A stretch of DNA of 64,000 bases from Alphaproteobacteria bacterium (GCA_965214705.1 OZ243972.1:832001-896000), one strand, 5' to 3'; counted from the stretch's first letter, positions 11,265 to 22,111 are shown. Made by a program: numbers and translations. The notes: generated by a model not told the origin, from the letters alone.

Positions 11265-12004
11265 CCTACGCCCTCAAGTTTCAGGACCTGAGCCTCGGCT
11301 ACGACCGGCATCCGGCCGTGCATCGCCTGCACGGCGAGATCGCCGAGGGCAGCCTGACGGCCATCGTCGGACCCAACGGGGCCGGTAAATCCACGGTGCT
11401 GAAGGGGGTGACCGGCTCACTCCGCCCGCTCGAAGGACGGATCGCCTTCGGCGGGGTCGCGCGGGACGACATCGCCTACCTGCCGCAGCAATCGGACGTC
11501 GACCGGTCTTTCCCGATCGTAGTCTCCGACCTCGTGGCGATGGGCCTCTGGCGGGAGATCGGCGGCTTTGCGGGCTTGCGGGCCAGTCACCGCTCACGCG
11601 TCGCCGACGCAATTTCCGCGGTCGGCCTCGAAGGGTTCGAGAAGCGGCCGATCGGGTCGCTGTCGGGCGGGCAGTTACAGCGTGCGCTGTTTGCCCGCCT
11701 GCTGCTGCAGGACGCACGGCTCGTCCTGCTTGACGAGCCCTTCACGGCAATCGACGCGAGAACGGTGGCGGACCTGATCGGCGTGGTGCGGCGCTGGCAC
11801 GGCGAAGGCCGCACGGTGCTCGCCGTCTTGCACGACGTGGACACGGTACGGGCTCACTTCCCCCGCACGCTGATGCTGGCGCGCGAACTCGTCGCCCACG
11901 GACCCACGGCGCGGGTGCTGACGGCCGAGAACCAGTTCCGCGCGCGCCAGATGTGCGAGGCCTGCGTCGGCCCGCCGCATACTTGCGGGCGAAGCGCTGC
12001 ATGA
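11261..12004 (+). CDS. Zn/Mn ABC transporter ATP-binding protein (AztA-like)
   Basis: GPNGAGKST, LSGGQLQR, LLDEPF. Confidence 0.9.
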   Translation: MTYALKFQDLSLGYDRHPAVHRLHGEIAEGSLTAIVGPNGAGKSTVLKGVTGSLRPLEGRIAFGGVARDDIAYLPQQSDVDRSFPIVVSDLVAMGLWREIGGFAGLRASHRSRVADAISAVGLEGFEKRPIGSLSGGQLQRALFARLLLQDARLVLLDEPFTAIDARTVADLIGVVRRWHGEGRTVLAVLHDVDTVRAHFPRTLMLARELVAHGPTARVLTAENQFRARQMCEACVGPPHTCGRSAA

Positions 12005-12870
12005 TGTGGGAGCTCCTCGTCCAGCCCTTCGCCGATTTCGGCTTCATGCGGCGCGCGCTGATGGGCTGCATTGCGATCTCGGTCGGCGCGACACCGGTCG
12101 GGGTATTCCTGATGCTGCGCCGCATGAGCCTGACGGGCGACGCGATGGCCCATGCAATCCTGCCGGGTGCGGCAGTCGGGTTTCTCGTCTCGGGCCTCTC
12201 GCTGGGGGCGATGACCATCGGCGGGCTGATCGCAGGCATGGCCGTGGCGCTCCTCTCGGGCTTCGTGACCCGATTCACGGCGCTGCGCGAGGACGCGAGC
12301 CTGGCGGCCTTTTACCTGATCTCACTGGCGGTGGGCGTGCTGATCGTGTCCACCCGGGGCAGCAATGTCGACCTGATGCATGTGCTCTTCGGGACCGTGC
12401 TCGCGCTCGACGACGACGCCCTGACTCTGCTCTGTTCCATCGCGAGCATTTCGGTCTTCGCGCTCGCGGCCCTGTTCCGGCCGCTCGTGCTCGAATGCGC
12501 GGATCCGCAGTTCCTGCGCTCGGTGAGCGGGCTCAGCGCCATGACGCATTTCGCGTTTCTTGCTCTCGTCGTGCTCAACCTCGTGGCCGGCTTTCACGCG
12601 CTCGGCACGCTGATGGCCGTCGGCATCATGATCCTTCCCGCCGCCGCCGCGCGGTTCTGGGCCGTCGGCATCGGCGCCCTGATCGCCGTCGCGGTCTCGG
12701 TCGCGATGCTCTCGAGCCTGAGCGGCCTTCTGCTCTCCTACCACTTCAGCCTGCCCTCCGGGCCGGCGATCATTCTTGTCGCGGGTCTCGCCTACGCGCT
12801 GTCGCTGGTCTTCGGACCGGTGGGCGGTCTCGCCGGGCGGGCCTTCCCGCGTCGCCATCTCGAAGCCTGA
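12001..12870 (+). CDS. Zn/Mn ABC transporter permease (AztB-like)
   Basis: RRMSLTGDAMAHAILPG, multiple TM helices, PSGPAII. Confidence 0.9.
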   Translation: MMWELLVQPFADFGFMRRALMGCIAISVGATPVGVFLMLRRMSLTGDAMAHAILPGAAVGFLVSGLSLGAMTIGGLIAGMAVALLSGFVTRFTALREDASLAAFYLISLAVGVLIVSTRGSNVDLMHVLFGTVLALDDDALTLLCSIASISVFALAALFRPLVLECADPQFLRSVSGLSAMTHFAFLALVVLNLVAGFHALGTLMAVGIMILPAAAARFWAVGIGALIAVAVSVAMLSSLSGLLLSYHFSLPSGPAIILVAGLAYALSLVFGPVGGLAGRAFPRRHLEA

Positions 12871-12881
12871 AAGGAGTATCA

Positions 12882-13964
12882 ATGCTCACCCGCAGAACGC
12901 TTCTGATATCCGCCACCGCCCTCTTCGCCCTGTCGCTCGCCGCTCCGGCCATCGCAGAGACCGACAAACCGACCCCGGTGGTCGCCACCTTCTCGATCCT
13001 CGGCGACATGGTGAAGCGGATCGGCGGAGAGCACGTCGCTCTCACGACGCTCGTGGGCCCCGACGGGGATACGCATGTCTACCAGCCGACCCCCGCCGAT
13101 GCGCGGGCCCTCAGCGAAGCGAGGATCCTTGTCGTCAACGGGCTGCAGTTCGAAGGCTGGCTGGACCGTCTGATCGACGCTTCGGACTTTCGCGGTATCC
13201 GGGTGGTGGCGACCGACGGCATCGAGCCGATCGCGTTCGACGATGAGCACGGTCACGATGACGACCACGAAGAGCATGCGGAGGAGGTCGGGCATGACCA
13301 CGATCACGATGACCAGGCCGAGGTCGATCATGATGATGAGCACGAGGAGCATGCCGAGACGGCGATGCACGATCATGACGACGACCACGATGACGAGGCG
13401 CATGCCGAGGCAGGCCACGACCACCATGACCATGGCGCTTTCGACCCGCACGGCTGGCAGAGCCTCGGCAACGCCGTAGCCTATGTCGACAACATCACTG
13501 CCGCTCTGGCTCAGGCCGATCCGGCGAACGCGGCCGACTTCTACCAAAGCCGCGCAGCTTATGTCGCCGAGATCGAGGCGCTCGATGCAGAGATCCGCGA
13601 GATCATGGCAGCCCTGTCGGCCGATCGCCGCATCGTCGTCACCTCGCACGACGCGTTCCAGTATTTCGGCGGCGATTATGGGCTGACCTTCATCGCGCCG
13701 CAGGGGCTCAGCACCGAGTCGGAGGCATCCGCAAAGGATGTCGCCCGCCTCATCCAACAGATCCGTGAGCGGGGCATTCGTGCCGTCTTCATCGAGAACA
13801 TTGGCGATAGGCGCCTGCTCGAGCAGATCGCCAACGAGACCGGGGCCACCATCGGCGGCACGCTCTATCCCGGTGCGCTGTCCGGCCCGGACGGTCCGGC
13901 ACCGACCTACCTCGACATGATGCGGCACAACGCGACGACGCTCGCGCAGGCGCTGGCTTCGTAA
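12882..13964 (+). CDS. Zn ABC transporter substrate-binding protein with long His/Asp-rich loop (AztC/ZnuA-like)
   Basis: Signal peptide, VVATFSILGD, DTHVYQP, DPHGW, TSHDAFQY; AAGGAG RBS. Confidence 0.92.
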   Translation: MLTRRTLLISATALFALSLAAPAIAETDKPTPVVATFSILGDMVKRIGGEHVALTTLVGPDGDTHVYQPTPADARALSEARILVVNGLQFEGWLDRLIDASDFRGIRVVATDGIEPIAFDDEHGHDDDHEEHAEEVGHDHDHDDQAEVDHDDEHEEHAETAMHDHDDDHDDEAHAEAGHDHHDHGAFDPHGWQSLGNAVAYVDNITAALAQADPANAADFYQSRAAYVAEIEALDAEIREIMAALSADRRIVVTSHDAFQYFGGDYGLTFIAPQGLSTESEASAKDVARLIQQIRERGIRAVFIENIGDRRLLEQIANETGATIGGTLYPGALSGPDGPAPTYLDMMRHNATTLAQALAS

Positions 13965-14141
13965 GGTTTGGCGCACAGCCTTCGAAAGCCGGGACGCCGG
14001 ACTTCCAGGGACGAGAGGGACAGGTCGGCACACCACGCATGAGGTCGTGTCCCGAACAGCGCTTTCAGCCAGCATCTACGAACGGAGTAGAGGCCGCTGG
14101 GTGCGACTGAACGACTTCAAAGATTGAAGGAGACGGAATCC

Positions 14142-15098
14142 ATGAACCAGATCCCCGTTACCGTTCTGACCGGCTATCTCGGCGCCGGCAAGACAACGCT
14201 CCTGAACCGCATCCTGACCGAGGAGCACGGCAAGAAATACGCCGTGGTCGTCAACGAGTTCGGCGAAATCGGCATCGACAACGACCTCGTGGTCAACGCC
14301 GACGAGGAAGTGTTCGAGATGAACAACGGTTGCATCTGCTGCACCGTACGCGGGGATCTGATTCGCATCCTTGGCGGTTTGATGAAACGGCAAGACGGCT
14401 TCGATGGAATCCTCATCGAGACCACGGGCCTTGCCGATCCCGCGCCCGTCGCCCAGACCTTCTTCGTGGACGAAGACGTTCGGCGACGGACCTGGCTCGA
14501 TTCGATCGTAACGGTGGTCGACGCCCGCCATGTCGTCCGGCGGCTGGAAGACAGCCATGAGGCGCTGGAACAGATTGCCTTTGCCGACGTCATCCTTCTC
14601 AACAAGACGGATCTTGTGCCGGCCGATGAGCTGGCGCAGGTGGAAACGCGCATCCGTTCGATCAATGCGACGGCGGCTATCCATCGCACACAGCGATGCG
14701 AGGTGGGTCTCGACACGGTTCTGGGGCGCCGAGCCTTCGATCTTGATCGCATCCTGGCGATCGAGCCGGACTTTCTTTCGGAAGACGACCATGAACACGA
14801 CGATGCCGTGAAGAGCGTCTGCCTGCGCACCGACCGGCCGTTGGACGGAACCCGCCTCACAGGGTGGTTGCAGCGCCTACTCGCCGAGCGTGGTCAAGAC
14901 TTTCTGCGAACCAAAGGGATCCTGTCGATCGCCGGTCAGGACAAGCAGTTTGTCGTCCAGGCGGTCCATATGCTGATGGAGGGTAATTTCACGAAGCCGT
15001 GGAGCCCTAACGAGAAACGAGAGAGTCGCTTGGTCTTCATCGGACGAAACATCGATGAGCTGGAGCTGCGTCAGCAGTTCGACGCCTGCATCGCATGA
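14142..15098 (+). CDS. COG0523/CobW-family GTPase metallochaperone
   Basis: GYLGAGKTT, NEFGE, NGCICC, ETTGLADP, CobW C-terminal domain. Confidence 0.93.
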   Translation: MNQIPVTVLTGYLGAGKTTLLNRILTEEHGKKYAVVVNEFGEIGIDNDLVVNADEEVFEMNNGCICCTVRGDLIRILGGLMKRQDGFDGILIETTGLADPAPVAQTFFVDEDVRRRTWLDSIVTVVDARHVVRRLEDSHEALEQIAFADVILLNKTDLVPADELAQVETRIRSINATAAIHRTQRCEVGLDTVLGRRAFDLDRILAIEPDFLSEDDHEHDDAVKSVCLRTDRPLDGTRLTGWLQRLLAERGQDFLRTKGILSIAGQDKQFVVQAVHMLMEGNFTKPWSPNEKRESRLVFIGRNIDELELRQQFDACIA

Positions 15099-16150
15099 GC
15101 TTGTCCGCTGAGCTGGACAAGACGTCGCTGCTCGATCGTATCGGCACCGGCCGCTCGCTCGACGCTTATGTGGTGGGCGTTGCGTTCCTTGAGGAGGGAT
15201 TGCTCGCGGCTGCACTCGGGGACGGTCGGGTCGCGTTCATCGACAGCGAGAGCACGAATCCTCCCTCCTTCGTTTCGGTGCACGACGGGGCTTGTCTGTC
15301 GCTGGCCGTCGACTTGGGGCAGCAGCGCGTTCTGACGGGCGGAGACGACGCTCGGCTGGTGAGCACCGATACCGACGGCGAGACCACCGAAATCGCAGCC
15401 ATTGCGGGGCGATGGGTCGAGCCGATTGCCGTGAGCAGGGCATCCGGACTATGCGCTGCGGTCTTCGGCAAGACAGTTTCCCTTTTCGCGCAAGATGGAA
15501 GAGCGGTTGGAGCGTTCGATCATGCGAACACGGTCGGCGGTCTGGCATTCGACCCGAAAGGGCGGCGGATCGCTGCCGCGCACTACGGTGGAGTCAGCCT
15601 CTGGTGGGCGAAGCCCAGCACGCAGAAACCCAAACGACTCAGCTGGTCGGGTTCGCACCTTAGTCTGACCTGGAGCCCGGACGGGAAATACATCGTCACC
15701 GCAATGCAGGAGAACTTGCTGCACGGTTGGCGTATCTCCGACAGCGCCGATATGCAGATGCCTGGCTACCCGACGAAGGTCAAGTCGATGAGCTGGCTGC
15801 CGAAGGGAAGGTATCTGGCGACCGCCGGCGCGGAGTCCGTGGTTTGTTGGCCATTCCACGGCAAGGGCGGCCCACTGGGCAAGGCGGCGCTCGACCTCGG
15901 GTGGGGCTTCGAGGGTGTGGTGACGGTGGTGGCTGCCCACCCCCGGCATGACGTTGTCGCCGCCGGATACGAGGACGGTGCCACCATCCTCGTGCAGATC
16001 GACCGCGATCATCCGGTTGTGGTCAAGCGACCCGGCAAGGGCGCTGTGACCGCACTCGCCTGGTCGGCAGATGGGCAGCATCTCGCACTCGGTACCGAGA
16101 GCAGCTTTGTCGGCCGAATTAGCCTTTCCGACTGGCGGACTCCATCATGA
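15095..16150 (+). CDS. WD40-repeat protein
   Basis: Repeated LAFDPKG, LTWSPDG and LAWSADG blades; start overlaps the COG0523 stop. Confidence 0.85.
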   Translation: MSLSAELDKTSLLDRIGTGRSLDAYVVGVAFLEEGLLAAALGDGRVAFIDSESTNPPSFVSVHDGACLSLAVDLGQQRVLTGGDDARLVSTDTDGETTEIAAIAGRWVEPIAVSRASGLCAAVFGKTVSLFAQDGRAVGAFDHANTVGGLAFDPKGRRIAAAHYGGVSLWWAKPSTQKPKRLSWSGSHLSLTWSPDGKYIVTAMQENLLHGWRISDSADMQMPGYPTKVKSMSWLPKGRYLATAGAESVVCWPFHGKGGPLGKAALDLGWGFEGVVTVVAAHPRHDVVAAGYEDGATILVQIDRDHPVVVKRPGKGAVTALAWSADGQHLALGTESSFVGRISLSDWRTPS

Positions 16151-16184
16151 GCGCGAACAGAGGAACTCCAATCGAGGTTCTTCC

Positions 16185-16394
16185 ATGAAACGGAGGGCAA
16201 AACGCGCGCAATCCCCATGCATCGACGTCTGCCGACTCGACCCGAAGACGGGGTGGTGCCTGGGCTGTGGCAGGACCGCCGCCGAGATCGGAGAATGGCG
16301 CAAGCTCACACCGTTCCGCCGAGGCCGGCTTGAACGGGAATTCGCGCGGCGCCTGGTGAAGCTCGGACAGCGCACGCCATTGGAACACGAATGA
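16185..16394 (+). CDS. DUF1289-family Cys-rich protein
   Basis: SPCIDVCRLD..GWCLGCGRTAAEI..W pattern. Confidence 0.85.
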   Translation: MKRRAKRAQSPCIDVCRLDPKTGWCLGCGRTAAEIGEWRKLTPFRRGRLEREFARRLVKLGQRTPLEHE

Positions 16395-16722
16395 AACGGT
16401 TGGCGATCACTATTCACGATCCATGAACCCAGTTTCTGGCGGTTTTTGTGTGCGAGGCGTACCCCGGAGATAGCGATCTCAGAAGTGCCGATTTGGGTCG
16501 GGCTCGTTGGGCCGAAGGAGGATTCGAGAGCGCCGCCCGCGCCGGCCATCCGGCCGCGACGCTGTGCCCCGCGAGGACGAGGCGCGCGCGGCCGACGAGC
16601 TCGATCTGCTGCCGGACGGGTCTGCCATCGCCGAGATGCTGGGCGACCATGCGGTGATTCGGGAGCAGGCTCGGGCGTGCGCTGATCACAAGACCAGGTA
16701 GAGCCAGCAAGCCCGCATCGGC

Positions 16723-17142
16723 TCAGGAGAAGGAAGTCTGGCCCTCTATCAATTCGTGGGTGCAATCGAGCGGCGGAATACGCGCAAGGATGCCGCTTCG
16801 CATGCTCGGGGGCCGCTTGTTACGCTCCACGAACCCATCGCTTCGCGACAGCCACATCCGGACTGCTACGAGAATATCGTCGACGTGGCGTGCCGGATCC
16901 AGGTCGCCGAACAGGTATGTGAATCGGTCGCGATGAGAGAACGCAATAACGCAGGGGCGCAAACACTGACTCATGCAGCGTACGCGGCGCAGATTGAAAG
17001 GTGGCGGCAAAACTGCACCAAATAGGGACTGTTGCAATGCACTCGCCAGCACCGCGCCAGGGCGCTGGCGGTTTGCAGTGTCTGGCCAGCCCTGCGGTCG
17101 ACAGCGCGTGCATACCGAAATGGTCGGTAGCTCAATAATCAT
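16723..17142 (-). CDS. DUF1636-family metal-binding protein
   Basis: VCTRC, CMSQCLRPC, TYLFGDL, ILARIPP. Confidence 0.82.
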   Translation of the reverse strand: MIIELPTISVCTRCRPQGWPDTANRQRPGAVLASALQQSLFGAVLPPPFNLRRVRCMSQCLRPCVIAFSHRDRFTYLFGDLDPARHVDDILVAVRMWLSRSDGFVERNKRPPSMRSGILARIPPLDCTHELIEGQTSFS

Positions 17143-17852
17143 GATAGCGGCGTCTCGTGTTCGACCCCTCTCGGCCACGGCTCCGGAGATGCGTCCGATC
17201 GCTTGTTGAGGGAGAGCAGCAATCGCGTGCAGCCAGTGCCCGCGATGGGCGGCGAGCGGTGCACGATTCCGCTGCCTGGTCCGGCGCAGTTTCCCTTGAA
17301 TATCGCCACGTCGTTGCCACGGATGTGCTCTAGCGGCCCTTTGAACCGCTTCTGTGCGCGCAACGCCCGCTCGGCGTGGATCGATTGGACCCACTCGGTG
17401 CCGGGACCGCGGTACGTTGTCAGGAGGCGCGCCTCCACGTAGTCCCGGTGGAACTTCCAGCAGGAATCGTGGCTGACGCGCGCCAGCCTTACATCAACGA
17501 GATCACTCCGGGCGATGCCAGCAAAAGCCGAGACGAGATCATCGACGTCCCCGACCAGCAGGTCGCGCATGTCTCCGGCAGGCATACCAATTTCGTCCAA
17601 ATGCGGTTCCACCGCACGTCGAAGGTCGCCGGGCCGGACAAGAATACGCAGGTCGGGAAGACACGAAGCATCCATTCGGTCGAGCCATGTCTGCAGGCAC
17701 ATGGGAAGCGCGCGCCGCCAGATCACGAGCTCCATGTTGGGCTTGTTAATGGCGGCGAGGCCTTCCGCTGCGTCGCACGTCGCGATGCCCACGCCCAACG
17801 TGGCGGAGGTCCTAACGGACTCACCTTCCAGGGATACCGACGGAACGGTCAT
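17139..17852 (-). CDS. DUF1826-family protein
   Basis: [34 protein letters not shown]; typical COG0523 neighbour. Confidence 0.85.
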   Translation of the reverse strand: MTVPSVSLEGESVRTSATLGVGIATCDAAEGLAAINKPNMELVIWRRALPMCLQTWLDRMDASCLPDLRILVRPGDLRRAVEPHLDEIGMPAGDMRDLLVGDVDDLVSAFAGIARSDLVDVRLARVSHDSCWKFHRDYVEARLLTTYRGPGTEWVQSIHAERALRAQKRFKGPLEHIRGNDVAIFKGNCAGPGSGIVHRSPPIAGTGCTRLLLSLNKRSDASPEPWPRGVEHETPLS

Positions 17853-19081
17853 GACGGCTCGGCCCGCTTCCAGACCGGGAATGGATCCTTGAGCTTTTTC
17901 CAGGCAGCAGGCTGCATGGCTTTGGCGTTGGCATCGCCGACAAGGCAGGCGTCGAGCCGGCGTCGGATCGCGGCCTCGTCCATGTCGGTGCCGATGAAGA
18001 CGATTTCCTGGTGGCGGTCTCCGTAGACGGGATCCCAGGATTTGGCGATGTTCCGACGCCATTCCGGGTGATCGGGCCAATGTTCCTTGGGGGCGTTCGC
18101 CCACCAGAAGCCCACGGCCCTATGGCGGACAAGCGCGCCGGCCTGGCTCAACTCGCCGACCCATTCAGGACGGTTGGCCAACCAGAAGCGCCCCTTGGCA
18201 CGAATGACCCCCGGCCACGACGAGTTGATGAAGGCGTGGAATTTCTCGGGATGAAAGGGACGGCGTGCCTGATACACGAAGCTGCGCACCCCATACTCCT
18301 CGGTCTCCGGCTTGTGCTCGGCGAAGCCGTATAGCTCCTTGAACCAAAGCGGGTGTTCCTGAGCCTTGTCATGGTCGAACCGGCCGGTGTTCAGCACCTT
18401 GTCCAGCGACACACGGGACATGCTGGTCTCGATGAGTTCCGCATCGGTGTTGAGCGACCGGATGATCTTGCGCGCGGCATCGAGCTGTTCGGGCCTTGCC
18501 GCATCGATCTTGTTCAGAATGATGACGTCGGCGAATTCGATCTGATCGACGAGCAGATTGACCAGCGCGCGGTTGTCGTCCTCGCCCAGCGCCTCGCCCC
18601 GGTCCTTGAGGAAATCGGTTGATGCGTAGTCGCGCAGGAGGTTTGCGGCATCGACCACGGTCACCATCGTATCGAGGCGCGAGACATCCTCCAGGCTCTC
18701 GCCCTCTTCCGTCCGGAAGTTGAAGGTGGCCGCTACGGGCAGCGGCTCGGAAATGCCGGTCGATTCGATGAGAAGGTAGTCGAACCGGCCATCCTGAGCG
18801 AGCCGACGCACCTCCTTGAGAAGGTCATCGCGCAACGTGCAGCAGATGCAGCCATTGGTCATTTCGACCAGAGTCTCTTCGGTGTGGCTCAGATCTGCGC
18901 CGCCGTCGCGGATGAGATCGGCGTCGATGTTCACCTCGCTCATGTCGTTGACGATGACCGCGACGCGCTTGCCTTCGCGGTTGTTAAGGATGTGGTTCAT
19001 CAGCGTGGTCTTGCCGGCGCCAAGGAAGCCGGAAAGTACGGTGACGGGCAGAATGGGTCGTTCCAGGGGCTGGGTTGTCAT
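17849..19081 (-). CDS. COG0523 Zn metallochaperone GTPase, ZigA/YciC type
   Basis: [61 protein letters not shown]. Confidence 0.93.
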   Translation of the reverse strand: MTTQPLERPILPVTVLSGFLGAGKTTLMNHILNNREGKRVAVIVNDMSEVNIDADLIRDGGADLSHTEETLVEMTNGCICCTLRDDLLKEVRRLAQDGRFDYLLIESTGISEPLPVAATFNFRTEEGESLEDVSRLDTMVTVVDAANLLRDYASTDFLKDRGEALGEDDNRALVNLLVDQIEFADVIILNKIDAARPEQLDAARKIIRSLNTDAELIETSMSRVSLDKVLNTGRFDHDKAQEHPLWFKELYGFAEHKPETEEYGVRSFVYQARRPFHPEKFHAFINSSWPGVIRAKGRFWLANRPEWVGELSQAGALVRHRAVGFWWANAPKEHWPDHPEWRRNIAKSWDPVYGDRHQEIVFIGTDMDEAAIRRRLDACLVGDANAKAMQPAAWKKLKDPFPVWKRAEPS

Positions 19082-19153
19082 GGCAATTCTTCAGAGCGTG
19101 ATTGCGACGTCGGGGGCGCTGGGTGCGAGCGCCGCCTGGCTCGTTGGAGACCC

Positions 19154-19657
19154 TCAAAGCTGCGTCGGATTCGGCGCGTCACCGTAGACGTCCTTTGGAT
19201 CAAAGGACCTCCGTGACTCCGCGAACACGAGTCGAACAGGTCCACCAGAAGGGCCGCCGAGCTCAACCGACCGGTAGAAGCAGGAACGGTATCCGACGTG
19301 ACAACTGGCGCCCGAACCGGCGACCCGGACGCGCAGCCAGACGGCGTCCTGGTCGTCGTCGATGCGCATCTCGACAACCTCTTGGACGAGGCCGCTGGTT
19401 GCGCCCTTGCGCCAAAGGCACTGGCGGCTTCGGCTCCAGTAGTGCGCTTCGCCGGTCGCGATCGTTCGCTGCAGAGCCTCACCATTCATGTAGCCCAGCA
19501 TCAACACTTCGCCCGTGTTGGCGTCGGTCGTGATGCAGGGGAGCAGTCCGTCGGCATCGAACTTGGGTGCCAAGGCGAGGCCTTCCTCGACCTGCTCGAC
19601 CGTCGTCCGGGCAGCGAAGGCGGCGACGGCTGCTGGAACGGATTTGTCAGGAGCCAT
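19154..19657 (-). CDS. hisI: Phosphoribosyl-AMP cyclohydrolase paralog
   Basis: [27 protein letters not shown]; DDDQD in place of DCDxD. Confidence 0.92.
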   Translation of the reverse strand: MAPDKSVPAAVAAFAARTTVEQVEEGLALAPKFDADGLLPCITTDANTGEVLMLGYMNGEALQRTIATGEAHYWSRSRQCLWRKGATSGLVQEVVEMRIDDDQDAVWLRVRVAGSGASCHVGYRSCFYRSVELGGPSGGPVRLVFAESRRSFDPKDVYGDAPNPTQL

Positions 19658-20300
19658 TGGAGCCGCTTCGGGGGCTTCCGATCATCGCGAGAAACTCCCG
19701 GCGGGTCGCCGGGTCGTCGCGAAAGGAGCCGAGCATGCGGCTGGTCACCATGCTGACACCCGGCTTGCGAATCCCGCGCGTGGTCATGCATTGGTGCGCC
19801 GCCTCGATGACGACACCGACACCGCGCGGCTTCAGCACCTCCTGTAAGGTATCCGCGATCTGCGACGTCAGCGCCTCCTGGATCTGCATCCGCTTGGCGA
19901 GCACCTCGACAAGGCGCGCAAGCTTGGAAATCCCGACGATGCGGCCCGCCGGCAGGTAACCGATATGCGCCTTACCCAGGATGGGAACCATGTGGTGCTC
20001 GCAGTGCGATTCGAGGCGGATGTCGCGCAAGACGATCATCTCGTCGTAGGCGGCGGTCTCCTCGAACGTCGTCGCAAGCAGCGCGACCGGATCTTCGTTG
20101 TATCCGGCGAAGAACTCCTCATAGGCCCGCACCACGCGCGCGGGCGTGCCTGCGAGGCCTTCGCGGTCGGGGTCGTCGCCCGTCCATTCGATCAGCGTCC
20201 GCACCGCCGCTTCCGCCTCGGACCGGCTGGGCCGTCGGCGCCCGCCCGAGCCGGTGAACACTGATTCTGTGGGCCGGCTTCCGACCACCGCTGTGTCCAT
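19647..20300 (-). CDS. folE: GTP cyclohydrolase I, type IA
   Basis: [37 protein letters not shown]. Confidence 0.95.
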   Translation of the reverse strand: MDTAVVGSRPTESVFTGSGGRRRPSRSEAEAAVRTLIEWTGDDPDREGLAGTPARVVRAYEEFFAGYNEDPVALLATTFEETAAYDEMIVLRDIRLESHCEHHMVPILGKAHIGYLPAGRIVGISKLARLVEVLAKRMQIQEALTSQIADTLQEVLKPRGVGVVIEAAHQCMTTRGIRKPGVSMVTSRMLGSFRDDPATRREFLAMIGSPRSGSNGS

Positions 20301-20331
20301 GTCAAACCCTTTCCGGCGGCCACGCCCGGCT

Positions 20332-22059
20332 CTTGAGTAACTTCTCTCTAAGCCGTTGACATAGAGGCATTTGTGTTTTTGTTGTCGTCGTCGATCTCGA
20401 CCAGTTGGAAGCCGAGCTTCTTGGCCTGTCGACGGAGCGAAGAGAACTTTCGGTCCAGGCGTCGGCTCTCGTAGACCTCCATCCCCTTCTCGGCATATTG
20501 CTGGCCGCGGGTCACCATCAGGTAGATCAGGCAGGCGAGTTCTCGGGCGGTGGCGACAACGGCTACGCTGGTGTCCATCCGGGCGAGGCGGCTGCGGTGC
20601 TTGGCGCCGATGAAGGTTTGGCTGGTGCGAGCGGTCATGGCCGCCATGCGCAGTGCCTGGCCAACGCGGTTGACCACCTTGGGCCCCCGGCCCGGCAACG
20701 GTTTGCCGCCGCTGATCCTGGTCCCAGGCGCCAGCCCCAGCCAGGAACTGAAGTGCTGTGCGGAGGGAAAGGCGGAGAAGTCAGGACCGATCTCGGCGGC
20801 GATCACCAGGGCAGTGTTGACGCCGACGGTGGGGATTGCGGTGAGATCGACCCCCATCATCTTATGCAGCGCCATAGCCATGGCCTTATCCTGCCCGCGG
20901 AGCGCCCTGCCGCTGCTGCTTGGGGTCTCGTTCGACGCCGTGCCCGATGATCCGACACTGGGAGTGTCCTCGGGCGTACCCTCATCCGTCGGATCGTCCG
21001 GCGGGGTCAGGTGCTCAACCTCCGCCATGATCCGCGCCTCGCAGTCCGCGATCTGCTGCTCCAGAAAGTCGTAGCGCTGCATCGCCTGCTCAAGCGCGAA
21101 CAGGTGCTCCTCGCGCCAAGTGCCCTCCAGGCTCGCGGCAATCGTGTCGGCGCTGGCCTTGATCCGCCTGTCGCGAAGCGACGCCAGCCGCCCGGGGTCG
21201 CGCTCGCCGGCGATGATCGCCCGCAGGATGCGCTCACCCGTCTTCCCCATGATATCGCTGATCACCGAGTCCAGACGCACGTTCATCTGGGTCAGCGCCT
21301 TCTGCATATGCAGCACGCAGCGAGAGCGGTCCTCGATCAACTGCTTCGCCTGGCGCATGAAGGAGCGCAACGGGCAGATCGCGTCGCCCGGCCGGAAGGC
21401 GCCGCGCAGAAGGCCGTAGGACATCAGCTGCCAGATCCACTGGCAGTCCAGCACATCGCTCTTGCGCCCGCCGATCTGCTTCGTCATCCGGGGCGGCACA
21501 AGCATCACCTCGAAGCCGGCTCGATCCAGGACCTCGTAAACCGGGATCCAGTAGACCGAGGTCGACTCCATCGCCACCTTCGTCACACCGCACGACTTCA
21601 GCCACTCGGCCATCGCATCCAGGTCGCGCGTGAACGCGCCGAACTCCCTCACCGGTTCCTCGGCTCGCTCCGGATCCACCGCCACGAAGTGCCGGTCCTT
21701 GCCGATGTCGATCCCGGCGCAATTCGGGTGCACTACCTTGAGGCGCTGCCTCCTTCTCCGCTTGCGCGCCATCGAGAGCCCCCCCAAACTCCGTTGACGT
21801 TGCGGGTGGGGAGGAACCGCGGCGAAGTCTCAATCTCTTGAACGAGGTCACGGGCGAACCCGCGCCATCAGTGACAGAAGCCGATCACGGTTCGGGCCAA
21901 GCTTCCAAACGGGTGCCCTCGCACGCCACTGAAGGGACGGCCTCGTCTGCCCTACCCGCTACCACTTCACGCTTCAACCGTCGAAGACTCAACCCCAGTC
22001 GAAGACTCTACCCCCAGTTACTTCAGCGACTGAGCCGCTGCGCCGCAGTGGTGGTGGCT
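20332..22059 (-). mobile_element. IS110-family element (recombinase 20348-21772) with upstream non-coding region
   Basis: AGIDIG, MESTSVYW, RKSDVLD (DEDD) and SWLGLAP..SGG. No terminal IRs; GGCT at 20328-20331 and 22056-22059 are the candidate junction repeats. Ends are inferred. Confidence 0.85.
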
Positions 22060-22093
22060 TCCAAGGGGGGCTGGGCGCTTGCAATCGATCAAC

Positions 22094-22111
22094 GCAACGT
22101 TATAGCGTTGC
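22094..22111. promoter_or_regulatory. Second Zur-type operator, for the folE-hisI-COG0523 arm
   Basis: Palindrome GCAACGTTATAGCGTTGC, sharing the AACGTTATA core with 8317-8334; lies about 65 bp from folE once the IS110 is removed. Confidence 0.65.

Noticed and set aside
13240-13435. Repetitive DNA as a possible CRISPR array
   Set aside because: It is a coding His/Asp-rich loop; no repeat-spacer periodicity and no cas genes.
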